Positions 1 to 8,570 of a stretch of 64,000 bases of DNA are shown here, in pieces. The first letter of the stretch is position 1. Each line of letters opens with the position of its first letter. The notes under the pieces are model-generated. The model was not told the origin of the DNA. It did no database searches and worked only from the letters and a program-made list of their open reading frames with translations. Made by a program: the position numbers and the translations under genes. Origin of the DNA: Archaeoglobaceae archaeon (GTDB taxonomy: Archaea; Halobacteriota; Archaeoglobi; Archaeoglobales; Archaeoglobaceae); NCBI GenBank assembly GCA_040514265.1, contig JBEVCD010000017.1:9287-73286 (forward strand), in the 5' to 3' direction.

Positions 1-175
1 CGTCTCCCCAGTAAACGTCAACGAACTCCCCGTGCTCTTCGCAGAACTTCCTTATCATGACCTTCCCGTTCTCCTCGTAAACCTCTGCCTCCAGAATCTT
101 GAGACACTCCGGACAGAGGGAGAGTGTCCTGTAAGGAAGCTTCAGAGATCTAAATTCGAGTTCGGTGTTCAGCAT
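1..175 (-). CDS. radical SAM-family protein, N-terminal fragment (gene continues past the window start)
   Basis: Reverse-strand ATG at 173-175. The translation MLNTELEFRSLKLPYRTLSLCPECLKILEAEVYEENGKVMIRKFCEEHGEFVDVYWGD stays open to the window edge. The CPEC...C..H zinc-ribbon N-terminus resembles archaeal radical SAM enzymes of the MJ0619/Tes type. It is absent from the ORF track because it is truncated. Confidence 0.45.
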   Translation of the reverse strand, partial: MLNTELEFRSLKLPYRTLSLCPECLKILEAEVYEENGKVMIRKFCEEHGEFVDVYWGD

Positions 176-200
176 CGATTTTAAAACTGCTCCCAATATT

Positions 201-779
201 TTAACTTTTTTCCACCTCGAAGCCGTCCATGATGTAGTTGGGATCGAAGTATCTCCGGACGAGTCTCTCGGCGTAGCCTCTAGCCTTCCCAATGTCGCAG
301 CCGAAGAAGGCAAAGAAGGTCTCAACCTGCTTCCTGCTCCTCAGCTCCCAAACGCTTTCGGCGGCAGTAGTTACTACGAAGGGCGCGTCGAACTTGCGTA
401 TTATCCTCACCTCCTCTCTGAGCTGATCGAAGAGCTTAGCCCTCCTCAAACCCCTCGCCCTCAGAAACTTCGACATTCCGAGCTCTATCGTTACGTCCTT
501 CTCGGCGGCTAGCTTTATCGTCCCGTAATCCAGCTCCCTCTCGTCGCAGTCTAGGAGGACGTCGACCTTCTTTCTCATCACAGCCTCCCTGCACACGCTC
601 CTGTTCCTTCCGATCACACCGACCAGCACGTCTTCTCTTACTTTCCTGAGTTTTTTCCTGAGCTCCTCCGGGCTCTCCGCGTCTATCGCAACAGCGCAGC
701 CGTTCTCCGCGAATATCACGTAGCTCCTAAATCCCAGGTCTTCGAGCCTTTCGGGGAAGAACCTTATGAAGTCGTGCAT
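201..779 (-). CDS. rnp3: ribonuclease P protein component 3 (Rpp30-like)
   Basis: 192-aa ORF with size and sequence character of archaeal Rpp30/Rnp3 (TIM-barrel/PHP-like). It overlaps the upstream DUF54 gene by 16 nt. Confidence 0.75.
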   Translation of the reverse strand: MHDFIRFFPERLEDLGFRSYVIFAENGCAVAIDAESPEELRKKLRKVREDVLVGVIGRNRSVCREAVMRKKVDVLLDCDERELDYGTIKLAAEKDVTIELGMSKFLRARGLRRAKLFDQLREEVRIIRKFDAPFVVTTAAESVWELRSRKQVETFFAFFGCDIGKARGYAERLVRRYFDPNYIMDGFEVEKS

Positions 780-1201
780 AGCTGCTTCGCGAACTCCACT
801 ATCTTCTCTCTCCTCGCCGGGTAGGCTACGAGTTTGGCTTTTATCGCTATCGCGTCCCCTTTTTCGGCAAGTCTTACTTCGCCCAGATAAGCTCTCTGCT
901 TGTCTATCCTTATGTGCAGAACGTTTTGCGAGTCGATTCTATCCTCCATCGTCGCCACGAGTTCCTTTCTCTGCTCGCCGAGGAGCTGCATCAGGTGCCT
1001 CCAGAACTCCTCGATCTCTCTGCTCTTCGTAAGCTCGACTTCCAGATATTCTAGCGGGTTTCCGAAGTGTCCTCTGGCTTTCGTCACAGCTATCTCGAAT
1101 TCGAAGGGGAACAGGGTCGCCATGGCTTCTCCTACCTTCTCCCTGTCTTCGGTCGAGTGAACGACAGCCGACACCCTGATCCACTCTATCCTTCCCTTCA
1201 T
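764..1201 (-). CDS. DUF54/COG1931-type predicted RNA-binding protein
   Basis: 145-aa ORF (MKGRIEWIRVSAVVHSTEDREKV...) typical of the small archaeal protein usually encoded next to RNase P/exosome genes. It is coupled to rnp3. Confidence 0.6.
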   Translation of the reverse strand: MKGRIEWIRVSAVVHSTEDREKVGEAMATLFPFEFEIAVTKARGHFGNPLEYLEVELTKSREIEEFWRHLMQLLGEQRKELVATMEDRIDSQNVLHIRIDKQRAYLGEVRLAEKGDAIAIKAKLVAYPARREKIVEFAKQLCTTS

Positions 1202-1262
1202 CTCGACGCAGTAGCCGGGATTTTCAAAAAATCTTTTCTAACTTTCGGATCGTGACCCCGAC

Positions 1263-2537
1263 ATGGCTGTAATAGTCGGAGCCGTCCGAACTCCTGTCGG
1301 CAGGTTTGGCGGAAGTCTGAAAGATCTGCAAGCCTACGAGCTTGCAGCCGTAGCGATCAGGGGTCTGCTGAAGAAGCTGGGCGTGAAACCGGTAGCAGGT
1401 AAGGAGGCGATCGAGTTCTACCCGAGCAGGCTGCCGAAGGGAATGATAGAGCTCGAAAAGATGTACCACGACTACGACGGCGTCGAAGTTCCGATCGACG
1501 AGGTCGTGTTCGGAAACGTCCTTCAGGCTGCCCAGGGGCAGAATCCCGCGAGGCAGGCTGCGATTTTAGCCGGAATACCCAAGGAGGTTCCGGCGTTTAC
1601 GGTGAACAAGGTGTGTGCGAGCGGTATGAAAGCTCTAGCCTTAGCAGCGCAGAGCGTCGACGCCGGGGATGCGAGGTTCGTCATTGCTGGCGGAACGGAG
1701 AGTATGAGCAACGCGCCCTACGCGCTGCGGAAAGCAAGATGGGGCTACAGGATGTCGATAAACGCAGTCGATGAAGTGATCGATGTCCTGGTCTACGACG
1801 GCTTGTGGGAGAAGTTCTACGGTTGCCACATGGGTATAACAGCCGAAAACGTAGCCGAGCTGTACGGAATAAGCAGGGAGGAGCAGGACAGGCTGGCTTA
1901 CGAGAGCCACATGAGAGCTATCAGGGCGATAGACGAGGGGAAGTTCAGGGAGGAAATAGTGCCGGTCGAGGTCGGGAAGAGGGAGAGCGCGATCGTCGAC
2001 ACCGACGAACATCCGCGCAGGGACACGAGCTTGGAGAAACTCTCGAAGCTACCCCCCGTATTCAAGGAGGGAGGAACGGTAACCGCCGGCAACGCGAGCG
2101 GTGTCAACGACGGAGCAGCCGCGCTGCTTATAGCCGACAAGAATGCTGCGAAGGAGTACGGACTCGAAGCAAAAGCGAGGATCGTAGCCTTCGCCTCGGC
2201 GGGCGTCGACCCGGCTTACATGGGTCTCGGTCCAATACCGGCAGTGAGAAAAGTCCTCGCGAAAGCCAACGTGAAGCTCAGCGACATCGGGCTGGTGGAG
2301 CTAAACGAGGCTTTCGCAGCCCAAGCTCTGGCCTGCATGAAGGAGCTCAACCTCGACCCCGAGATAACAAACGTAAACGGTAGCGGAATCTCGCTCGGGC
2401 ATCCGATAGGCTGCACGGGAGCAAGGATAGTCGTCACGCTGATCCACGAGATGCACCGCAGGGGCGTCGACTACGGCTTGGCAGCCCTCTGTGTCGGCGG
2501 TGGAATGGGGATGGCGATGATAGTCGAGAGGGTCTAG
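1263..2537 (+). CDS. acetyl-CoA C-acetyltransferase (thiolase II)
   Basis: Thiolase hallmarks are present: [11 protein letters not shown] (active-site Cys), [10 protein letters not shown] and [13 protein letters not shown] at the C-terminus. It carries an extra segment of about 35 aa near the N-terminus. Confidence 0.9.
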   Translation: MAVIVGAVRTPVGRFGGSLKDLQAYELAAVAIRGLLKKLGVKPVAGKEAIEFYPSRLPKGMIELEKMYHDYDGVEVPIDEVVFGNVLQAAQGQNPARQAAILAGIPKEVPAFTVNKVCASGMKALALAAQSVDAGDARFVIAGGTESMSNAPYALRKARWGYRMSINAVDEVIDVLVYDGLWEKFYGCHMGITAENVAELYGISREEQDRLAYESHMRAIRAIDEGKFREEIVPVEVGKRESAIVDTDEHPRRDTSLEKLSKLPPVFKEGGTVTAGNASGVNDGAAALLIADKNAAKEYGLEAKARIVAFASAGVDPAYMGLGPIPAVRKVLAKANVKLSDIGLVELNEAFAAQALACMKELNLDPEITNVNGSGISLGHPIGCTGARIVVTLIHEMHRRGVDYGLAALCVGGGMGMAMIVERV

Positions 2538-3070
2538 TCTCTGGATGCTGCGATCCGCAACCTCTCAACACCGCCCAATTGCCTGACTATCTTCGCAACG
2601 GACTTCGGAACCAGCTCCTCCCAGTTTTTGTCTTCGAGCATCATGCGTCTCACGTATTCTCCTCTCAACCTCTCCCTCTCGAACTCCGGAGGTCTTACGA
2701 CCTCCAGACCTGCGTCCTCGAAGACCTTCGCTATTACCGGGTTTCGCGTGATTATGGCATCGACTTGCGGGACGAGGTTTATGATGTAAAGCGCGTGCCC
2801 GACGTAGACGCTCATAGTCGGAACGGTAGCCGTTATTATCCTTCCGAGGTCGACGCCAGCCTCTCTGAGCCCCTCCCTTATCATCCATATCCTCTCCCCC
2901 GCCGTAAACGGATTTCTGAGAGTGTGACTTTCGTCAGCCATTCCGACGAGTAGCACGAGTTCGTCGAACTTCTCCAGCGCCCACTGGACAACGTAGAGGT
3001 GACCGAGGTGGAAGGGTTGAAACCTTCCGAATATCAGCGCCCTTCTGGGCGTATCGCCCTGTGCGGACAT
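2534..3070 (-). CDS. nicotinamide-nucleotide adenylyltransferase (archaeal NMNAT)
   Basis: [19 protein letters not shown] matches the (H/T)xGH nucleotidyltransferase motif of archaeal NMNAT. I chose the internal start MSAQGD (M37 of the 214-aa ORF), because the N-terminal 36 aa overlap the iorA C-terminus and look non-coding. Confidence 0.8.
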   Translation of the reverse strand: MSAQGDTPRRALIFGRFQPFHLGHLYVVQWALEKFDELVLLVGMADESHTLRNPFTAGERIWMIREGLREAGVDLGRIITATVPTMSVYVGHALYIINLVPQVDAIITRNPVIAKVFEDAGLEVVRPPEFERERLRGEYVRRMMLEDKNWEELVPKSVAKIVRQLGGVERLRIAASRD

Positions 3071-4884
3071 ATCCTCGCGCATACCCCGCAGCCAACGCAG
3101 AGGGACTTGTCTATCTCGACCACCTCCCCATCGAAGACTATCGCGGGACAGTTGAAGGACGAGACACATTCGAGGCACAAGCTGCAGTTCTCGCCGATCT
3201 GGAATGTTACGAGTCTGCCCTTTCTCCTCCTCTCTCTAGCCCACAGGATCGCGCAGGGTTGCCTTGCAACGACTACCGCAACTCCGTCGTGCTTTAGAGC
3301 CCTCTTGAGCGTGTCGATCATTCTCCTGACGTTGTAGGGATTTACGACTTCCACGAACTCTACGCCGCAACCCCTCGCTATGTCTTCCACTTTGACGGCT
3401 TTTCCCACTTCTCCACAGCCCCTCACTCCAGTTCCGGGGTGAGGTTGGTGCCCTGTCATTCCGGTCGTCGCGTTGTCGAGGATAACGAGGACGAACTTAG
3501 CTCCGTTGTATACAGCGTTTATCAGCGCAGGGATTCCAGCGTGAATGAACGTCGAGTCACCTATCGTCGCAATTATTGGCTCTTTTATCGTGTGTGCCAG
3601 CCCGTTGGAGACACCGACGCTTGCACCCATACATATCGTTATATCGACACCCTCGAAGGGTCTGTTTATTCCCAAGGTGTAGCAGCCTATGTCGCTCGGC
3701 AGCGCAGCGTTGCCGACCTCGTTTACGACCTTCCTTATGGCGTAGAAGCTCGCCGTATGTGGGCAGCCCGGACACAGAACCGGTGGACGGGGTGGAGCTT
3801 TGGAAGCTATACCGCTAACATCGCGCGGGGGGTCGACTTCGATTCCCAGAACCTTCGCGATGCCGAGCTCGACACGGGTTACGTTGTACTCGTAGTTCAT
3901 CGGCATGTAACCGTTCATCTTTCCGTATACCTCAACGTCGTAGGCTCTTAGCTGCATCTCGATGAACGGGTCGACTTCCTCGACTACTATTATCCCCCTG
4001 AGACCCTCGAGGAATTCCTCGACGAGTTTCGTCGGCAACGGGTGCGGCGTTGAGAGTTTGAGCAGGGGGAGCTCGACGTTCAGCCTCTCCATGGCTTCCT
4101 TTGCGTAAGCGTAACTGAGTCCGCATGTTACTACGCCGACGTCGCCGTCCCCCTCTTCGATCCAGTTCATCCCGCAGCCCTCGAAGTATTCGCGAACTCT
4201 TTCGAGTTTTTCCAGTAAGACTGGCTTGAGCTTCCTCGCATGAGCTGGAAGGACGACGTCGGTTTCGGGGTTTCGCCTCCACTCCGATCTGCTGAACTCC
4301 TTTTGCGGTATTTCCCCGAGCTCGACCACGCCTGTTGCGTGGCTGAGGCGGGTGTAGCTACGCAGAATAACCGGTATTCCGAATTTCTCCGAAACCTCGA
4401 AGGCTTCCTTCGTGTAGTCCTTCGCCTCCTGAACACTCGCCGGCTCTATTACCGGCAGCTTGGCAGCCATTCCGTACCACCTGTTGTCCTGCTCGTTCTG
4501 ACTGCTGTGCATCGACGGGTCGTCGGCTGTCAGCAGAACAAACCCACCCCTCGCGCCGATGTAAGCGAAGCTGAATAGCGCATCGGCTGCTACGTTTACG
4601 CCGACGTGTTTCATTCCAGCCATAGCCCTCTTGCCTGCGAGCGAAGCTCCTATCGCGACCTCTACCGCCACCTTCTCGTTAGCCGAATACTCCATGTAGA
4701 AGTCCATCCTGCCCCTCAGCAGTTTGCAAGCTTCACTCAGAGTGTCGGCAACCTCGCTGCTCGGAGTACCGGGATAGGCTGCGTAGACGTCTATTCCCGC
4801 CTCTATAGCCCCCCTCGCTATCGCCTCGTTCCCCAGAAGCAGAACCTTGCTCCCGGGCGCATCCCTAACGACGTCTTTTAACAT
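3034..4884 (-). CDS. iorA: indolepyruvate:ferredoxin oxidoreductase alpha subunit
   Basis: 616 aa with a TPP-enzyme N-terminus (GNEAIARGAIEAG..YAAYPGTPSSE). The C-terminus has two ferredoxin-type Cys clusters (CSLCLECV...CP and [12 protein letters not shown]). No iorB is adjacent. Confidence 0.85.
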   Translation of the reverse strand: MLKDVVRDAPGSKVLLLGNEAIARGAIEAGIDVYAAYPGTPSSEVADTLSEACKLLRGRMDFYMEYSANEKVAVEVAIGASLAGKRAMAGMKHVGVNVAADALFSFAYIGARGGFVLLTADDPSMHSSQNEQDNRWYGMAAKLPVIEPASVQEAKDYTKEAFEVSEKFGIPVILRSYTRLSHATGVVELGEIPQKEFSRSEWRRNPETDVVLPAHARKLKPVLLEKLERVREYFEGCGMNWIEEGDGDVGVVTCGLSYAYAKEAMERLNVELPLLKLSTPHPLPTKLVEEFLEGLRGIIVVEEVDPFIEMQLRAYDVEVYGKMNGYMPMNYEYNVTRVELGIAKVLGIEVDPPRDVSGIASKAPPRPPVLCPGCPHTASFYAIRKVVNEVGNAALPSDIGCYTLGINRPFEGVDITICMGASVGVSNGLAHTIKEPIIATIGDSTFIHAGIPALINAVYNGAKFVLVILDNATTGMTGHQPHPGTGVRGCGEVGKAVKVEDIARGCGVEFVEVVNPYNVRRMIDTLKRALKHDGVAVVVARQPCAILWARERRRKGRLVTFQIGENCSLCLECVSSFNCPAIVFDGEVVEIDKSLCVGCGVCARICPHRAIRPEGR

Positions 4885-5087
4885 ACGCGACGCAAACTCC
4901 GTGGAACTTTAAAACGTTGGCGGTATAATTCAGATTTTCACTGATTAAATCTGCTGTCTTTGACGGCACACTGTTGCCTTCTCCGGTTTAGTCCTCAACA
5001 ACGTTCCATCCAGCTGTAATTACTAACGAGTCCTACCATAATGGCAATAGCTCTCGGCTTCGCATCTGCTTTCAATCTCAAAGGGCG

Positions 5088-6053
5088 TTGCAGAGAGTTG
5101 CTGGCGTGGCAATTGCAGCTTCGATCGTTCCACCAGCGGTTGTTGCGGGGTGGGTTTGCTTTTTGGATGCATAATAGCAGCTCCTCGAAGTGAAGCCCTT
5201 CAAATTCCATCAGCATTTAGAAAGAAAGTTCGATGCCAACGCCAAAATCTCGTCAAAGTAAGCGATGAAACAAAAGCATGCATGAGCTGCCACGAGGCGT
5301 ATACACCCGGAATTGTCGAGGACTGGAGAGGTAAACATGCAGTAACAACTCCAAATGAAGCTTTCCAAAAGCCGGAGCTCGCGAGAAAAATAAGCCTCCC
5401 GATAGGCTTAAGGATGTTGTTGTCGGTTGTTACGATTGCCACTGCTCTATGTGCCACGAGAAAGAGTTTGAGGAATATCAGAATAGAGAACTCACAACTT
5501 CGATTCGATACGTGAGAGTATTCGGATTGTATGGACATCCGCAGCCAAAAGATGGAGCTACCTGGAAGATAAAGAACGCTGACGGCTTGTCATTACCAAC
5601 AACCCTCGCTGGAGAGCCAGCTAGGGAGTACCTTATAAGCGAGGAATTCCTGAAGATTTGCAACCAGTGCCATTCCAGAGGTTTTGCCGAAGGTCACTTC
5701 GAGAAGTTTGAAAAGACGGTAAATGCATGGGAAAAGGGAATCGCCGACACGATTATTTTCGATGAGTTTATTGAAAAAACTCTGGATAGAGAACTGGCTC
5801 TTTTATGCAACTATCTCTCAGACACGGCTCGGCGATGGGTGGACCCGATTATTCAACTTTCAAGCTCGGGTGGTATCAGCTCACTAGGAATCTACAGGAA
5901 ATGAACGATTACATTAGGTTCCTCAGCGTTTCAAAGACTGCTGAAATTAAACCGGGAGACTCTCATACTGCGGAAAAAGCACCGTTCGCAGGAACACTTA
6001 CTGTTCTGATCGCAATAGGGGTGTCGGCGTATCTGCTGAGAAGGAGAAAGTAG
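5088..6053 (+). pseudogene. multihaem c-type cytochrome (HAO-like) with PGF-CTERM-like anchor, interrupted by three frameshifts
   Basis: A signal-like segment (frame 3, possible TTG 5088) reads MQRVAGVAIAASIVPPAVVAGW. CxxCH motifs lie at 5279-5293 (CMSCH), 5428-5442 (CYDCH), 5443-5457 (CSMCH) and 5659-5673 (CNQCH), spread over three reading frames (ORFs 5150-5515, 5449-5904, 5805-6053). The C-terminus APFAGTLTVLIAIGVSAYLLRRRK looks like a PGF-CTERM sorting signal. Confidence 0.7.
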
Positions 6054-6177
6054 CTCGTATTCTAGTTTTTATTCTTGACGATTCCGAGCGGTTTGTAATC
6101 GATAAACTTTAATGTATTCCATAATCGCAAGTTTTTTGTGACCGGAGAAAAAAATCTATATGATTTAATCGTAGAGT

Positions 6178-7509
6178 TTGGAGGTGGTGAGTTTGAGAGT
6201 GAACATGCTCTACTGGATAGATGAAGTGGGCGGAAGAGTCGAAAGGCTGTCGATAGAACTCAAGCCCTTCGGCTACAGGATGGCTCCGTTCACGCAGTGG
6301 GAAATACTCGTCGCGGCTGAAGACGTGAAGGTCGAGAAGGGAAAGCCCGCCGTTTTGAAAATCGAGCCGATATTCCTACCTCAGAACTCCATCGTCGGAC
6401 CTCTCAGCATCATGCGCCACGCTCTGGGCAGCGTTCTAGACATCGTGGAGTGTGGGATACCGAAGAGGGTCGAGGACGAGAAGTGCATAAGTAGAGTCCT
6501 TTTCATGCCCGTGGAAAGCGGGGAGATAAAGAAGGGGGACCTCGTCGGTGTGCTGAAGGTGTTCTTCATAAAGACCGGTCTCCTCGCGAGGATCTTCAGC
6601 GTAAGCGCGCCGAAGGTGGAGATACGCAAGAAGATCACGGAAGCCTTCGTAACCTGGAGAGACGACGGAAACATCTACAGGAGCAAGAGCAAACTTGAGG
6701 TCTTCGGCTACGCAAGAAGCCACATTGGTGTCTGGGAGCTGCTGGTAGCTGACGAAGACGTTGAGGTCAAGAAGGGCGACGTCGTAAGGGTAAATATAAA
6801 AGAGGTGAAGCTCCCGCCGAATACGGTCGTCGTCCCGCTCAGCGTGATGCGGCACGCTCTGGGCACTGTTCTCGACGTTGTCCAGCTTGGAAAGCCGTCG
6901 AAGGTTGAGGAAGAGAAGAGAATACAGCAAGCTGTCTTCTTAGCCGTAGAAGACGGCGAGATAAAGAGGGGAGACCTCCTAGGTGTCATAAACGTCTACT
7001 TCGTCGGAGTCGAAAAGCTGGAGCCTGTAATCAAGGAGAAAAATCCCGAGAAGGTCAATCTGGTTACTAAGAGTGACGGCAGGGTGGTCAGGAGAGAGAT
7101 AACTGTGGAACCGTTCGGTTACAGACGGTCGCCGGTTGCGAGGTGGGAAGTGCTCATAGCAAACGAAAACGTCGAACTACGCGAAGGTGTTCCGACGATC
7201 GTGAAGGTGAGACCCGTTTCCGTCCCGCCGAATACGATAATATATCCGATGCACATCATGAGGCATGCATACGGAACTGTCATCGACGTCACGTGCTGCG
7301 CTCCATGGAAGGTCGAGGAGAGCGGAGAGATAAACGACGTCGTATTCCTGCCAATAATGGACGGTGAAATCCGCGAAGGTGACCTGCTCGGCATCCTGAA
7401 CTTCTACAGCGTGGAGCTCGGAAAGCTGGCGAGCGTCAAGCAGTGGCTCGACGGATGGGTGGATGAGATGGGTAAAGCCTTCGCAGAATCTGACTGGCCA
7501 ATGTGGTAA
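6178..7509 (+). CDS. uncharacterised protein made of three tandem DUF22-like domains
   Basis: The 443-aa ORF has three homologous units of about 140 aa. The true start may be TTG 6193 or ATG 6205, since a GGAGGTG Shine-Dalgarno-like site lies at 6180-6186. Confidence 0.8.
   Translation: MEVVSLRVNMLYWIDEVGGRVERLSIELKPFGYRMAPFTQWEILVAAEDVKVEKGKPAVLKIEPIFLPQNSIVGPLSIMRHALGSVLDIVECGIPKRVEDEKCISRVLFMPVESGEIKKGDLVGVLKVFFIKTGLLARIFSVSAPKVEIRKKITEAFVTWRDDGNIYRSKSKLEVFGYARSHIGVWELLVADEDVEVKKGDVVRVNIKEVKLPPNTVVVPLSVMRHALGTVLDVVQLGKPSKVEEEKRIQQAVFLAVEDGEIKRGDLLGVINVYFVGVEKLEPVIKEKNPEKVNLVTKSDGRVVRREITVEPFGYRRSPVARWEVLIANENVELREGVPTIVKVRPVSVPPNTIIYPMHIMRHAYGTVIDVTCCAPWKVEESGEINDVVFLPIMDGEIREGDLLGILNFYSVELGKLASVKQWLDGWVDEMGKAFAESDWPMW
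6211..7506 (+). repeat. three in-frame tandem coding repeats (about 6211-6627, 6646-7047, 7057-7506)
   Basis: FGY occurs at aa 31, 176 and 313, and MRHA at aa 79, 224 and 361. Each unit shares W-E-[ILV]-L-[VI]-A-x-E-[DN]-V, P-x-N-[ST]-[IV], [SH][IV]MRHA[LY]G[ST]V[LI]D[IV] and GEI[KR]xGDL[VL]G[VI]. Confidence 0.85.
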
Positions 7510-7515
7510 ATTTTT

Positions 7516-8538
7516 TTATGGTATTATTTCCGTCGTATTGACGTATGCCGGGTAGACGGGAATCCTGTAACCTCTCTCTTTTAACTCCTCTCTGACGTTT
7601 TTTAGCTCGTTTACGAGCAACCTCGTAAGCTTGCACAGCTTTCTGAAACCCCATTCACCCCAGAGCCTTTCCCGGTTTGCAAAGAGGCAGCGGGAGCCGC
7701 AGATTTCGAAGATGTCACAGGAGGGACAGGGGTCTACTGGTTCCACCTTTTTTAAGGCTTCTGGAACGTCGTAGATTGTTCCAACGTTGTTCCAGTCGAG
7801 CTCTGAGCATACAGGACAGGCTACAACTCTGCCATCCGTCGTTATAGCGAAACTCTCGCTTCCCGAACCGCATGGGGGCTTTAGAAGGTTTCGGTGTTCA
7901 AGACCGCTTAGAACTCCTGCAAACGGGACGATCCTGAAAAGCTGTTCTGGCTCCTCTTTGAGCTCCCGGATCAGCTTTTTCAGTCCAATTTCGTAGCTCT
8001 TGCACCAATCCTCGAAACCGTCCGGTTTTCCCCATATGGCATCTATCTGCCAGTGAACGTGGGTGAAGTTGAGGCTCAGCAGGTGCTTAACGTCGCTGTA
8101 TATGTCCGTTCTCCTGCTCGCGACCATTCTGGCTATCAACTCACCCTCGAAGAACTCTGAAAGCCACCTGACGTTTTTTAGAATCGCATCGTAAACTCTG
8201 CCTTTGTAGTGCTCCGTGACACTCTTTCTGCCGTCGATCGATACGAGAATCGTCGAAAATTTCTTAATGTATTCCCTTTCGAGCTTGCGTATCAGCAATC
8301 CGTTCGTCTGCAGGACGAAGTGCTCGGCACTTATTCTGTCCATGACCTCCTTTACGAATTTGATGTTCAGGAGTGGTTCCCCTCCGTAAAACGCGATCGA
8401 AGGATTTTTCGCGCTCTCGACGAACTTGGCTAGGTCAGCGATGTCGTACTGGACGTCTTCAGGCATCACGCCTTCGAGTCCCCCGCAGTATCTGCAGTTC
8501 AAGTTGCACCTAGCGGTTGCGAATACTATGAACATCAT
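7516..8538 (-). CDS. radical SAM enzyme with C-terminal SPASM/twitch-like Cys-rich domain
   Basis: A CNLNCRYC (Cx3Cx2C) cluster sits at the N-terminus. The C-terminus has CGSGS...ACPVC and CPSCDIFEICGSRC motifs typical of auxiliary Fe-S cluster (SPASM) domains. Confidence 0.85.
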   Translation of the reverse strand: MMFIVFATARCNLNCRYCGGLEGVMPEDVQYDIADLAKFVESAKNPSIAFYGGEPLLNIKFVKEVMDRISAEHFVLQTNGLLIRKLEREYIKKFSTILVSIDGRKSVTEHYKGRVYDAILKNVRWLSEFFEGELIARMVASRRTDIYSDVKHLLSLNFTHVHWQIDAIWGKPDGFEDWCKSYEIGLKKLIRELKEEPEQLFRIVPFAGVLSGLEHRNLLKPPCGSGSESFAITTDGRVVACPVCSELDWNNVGTIYDVPEALKKVEPVDPCPSCDIFEICGSRCLFANRERLWGEWGFRKLCKLTRLLVNELKNVREELKERGYRIPVYPAYVNTTEIIP

Positions 8539-8570
8539 CGCAAGTCACTTGAGGTGCGAATACACTACGG

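Noticed and set aside
5359-5830. Programmed ribosomal frameshifting as the explanation for the split cytochrome gene
   Set aside because: Three separate shifts, in different directions and at simple homopolymers with no obvious slippery heptamer or downstream structure, are better explained by indels, whether sequencing errors or true mutations.
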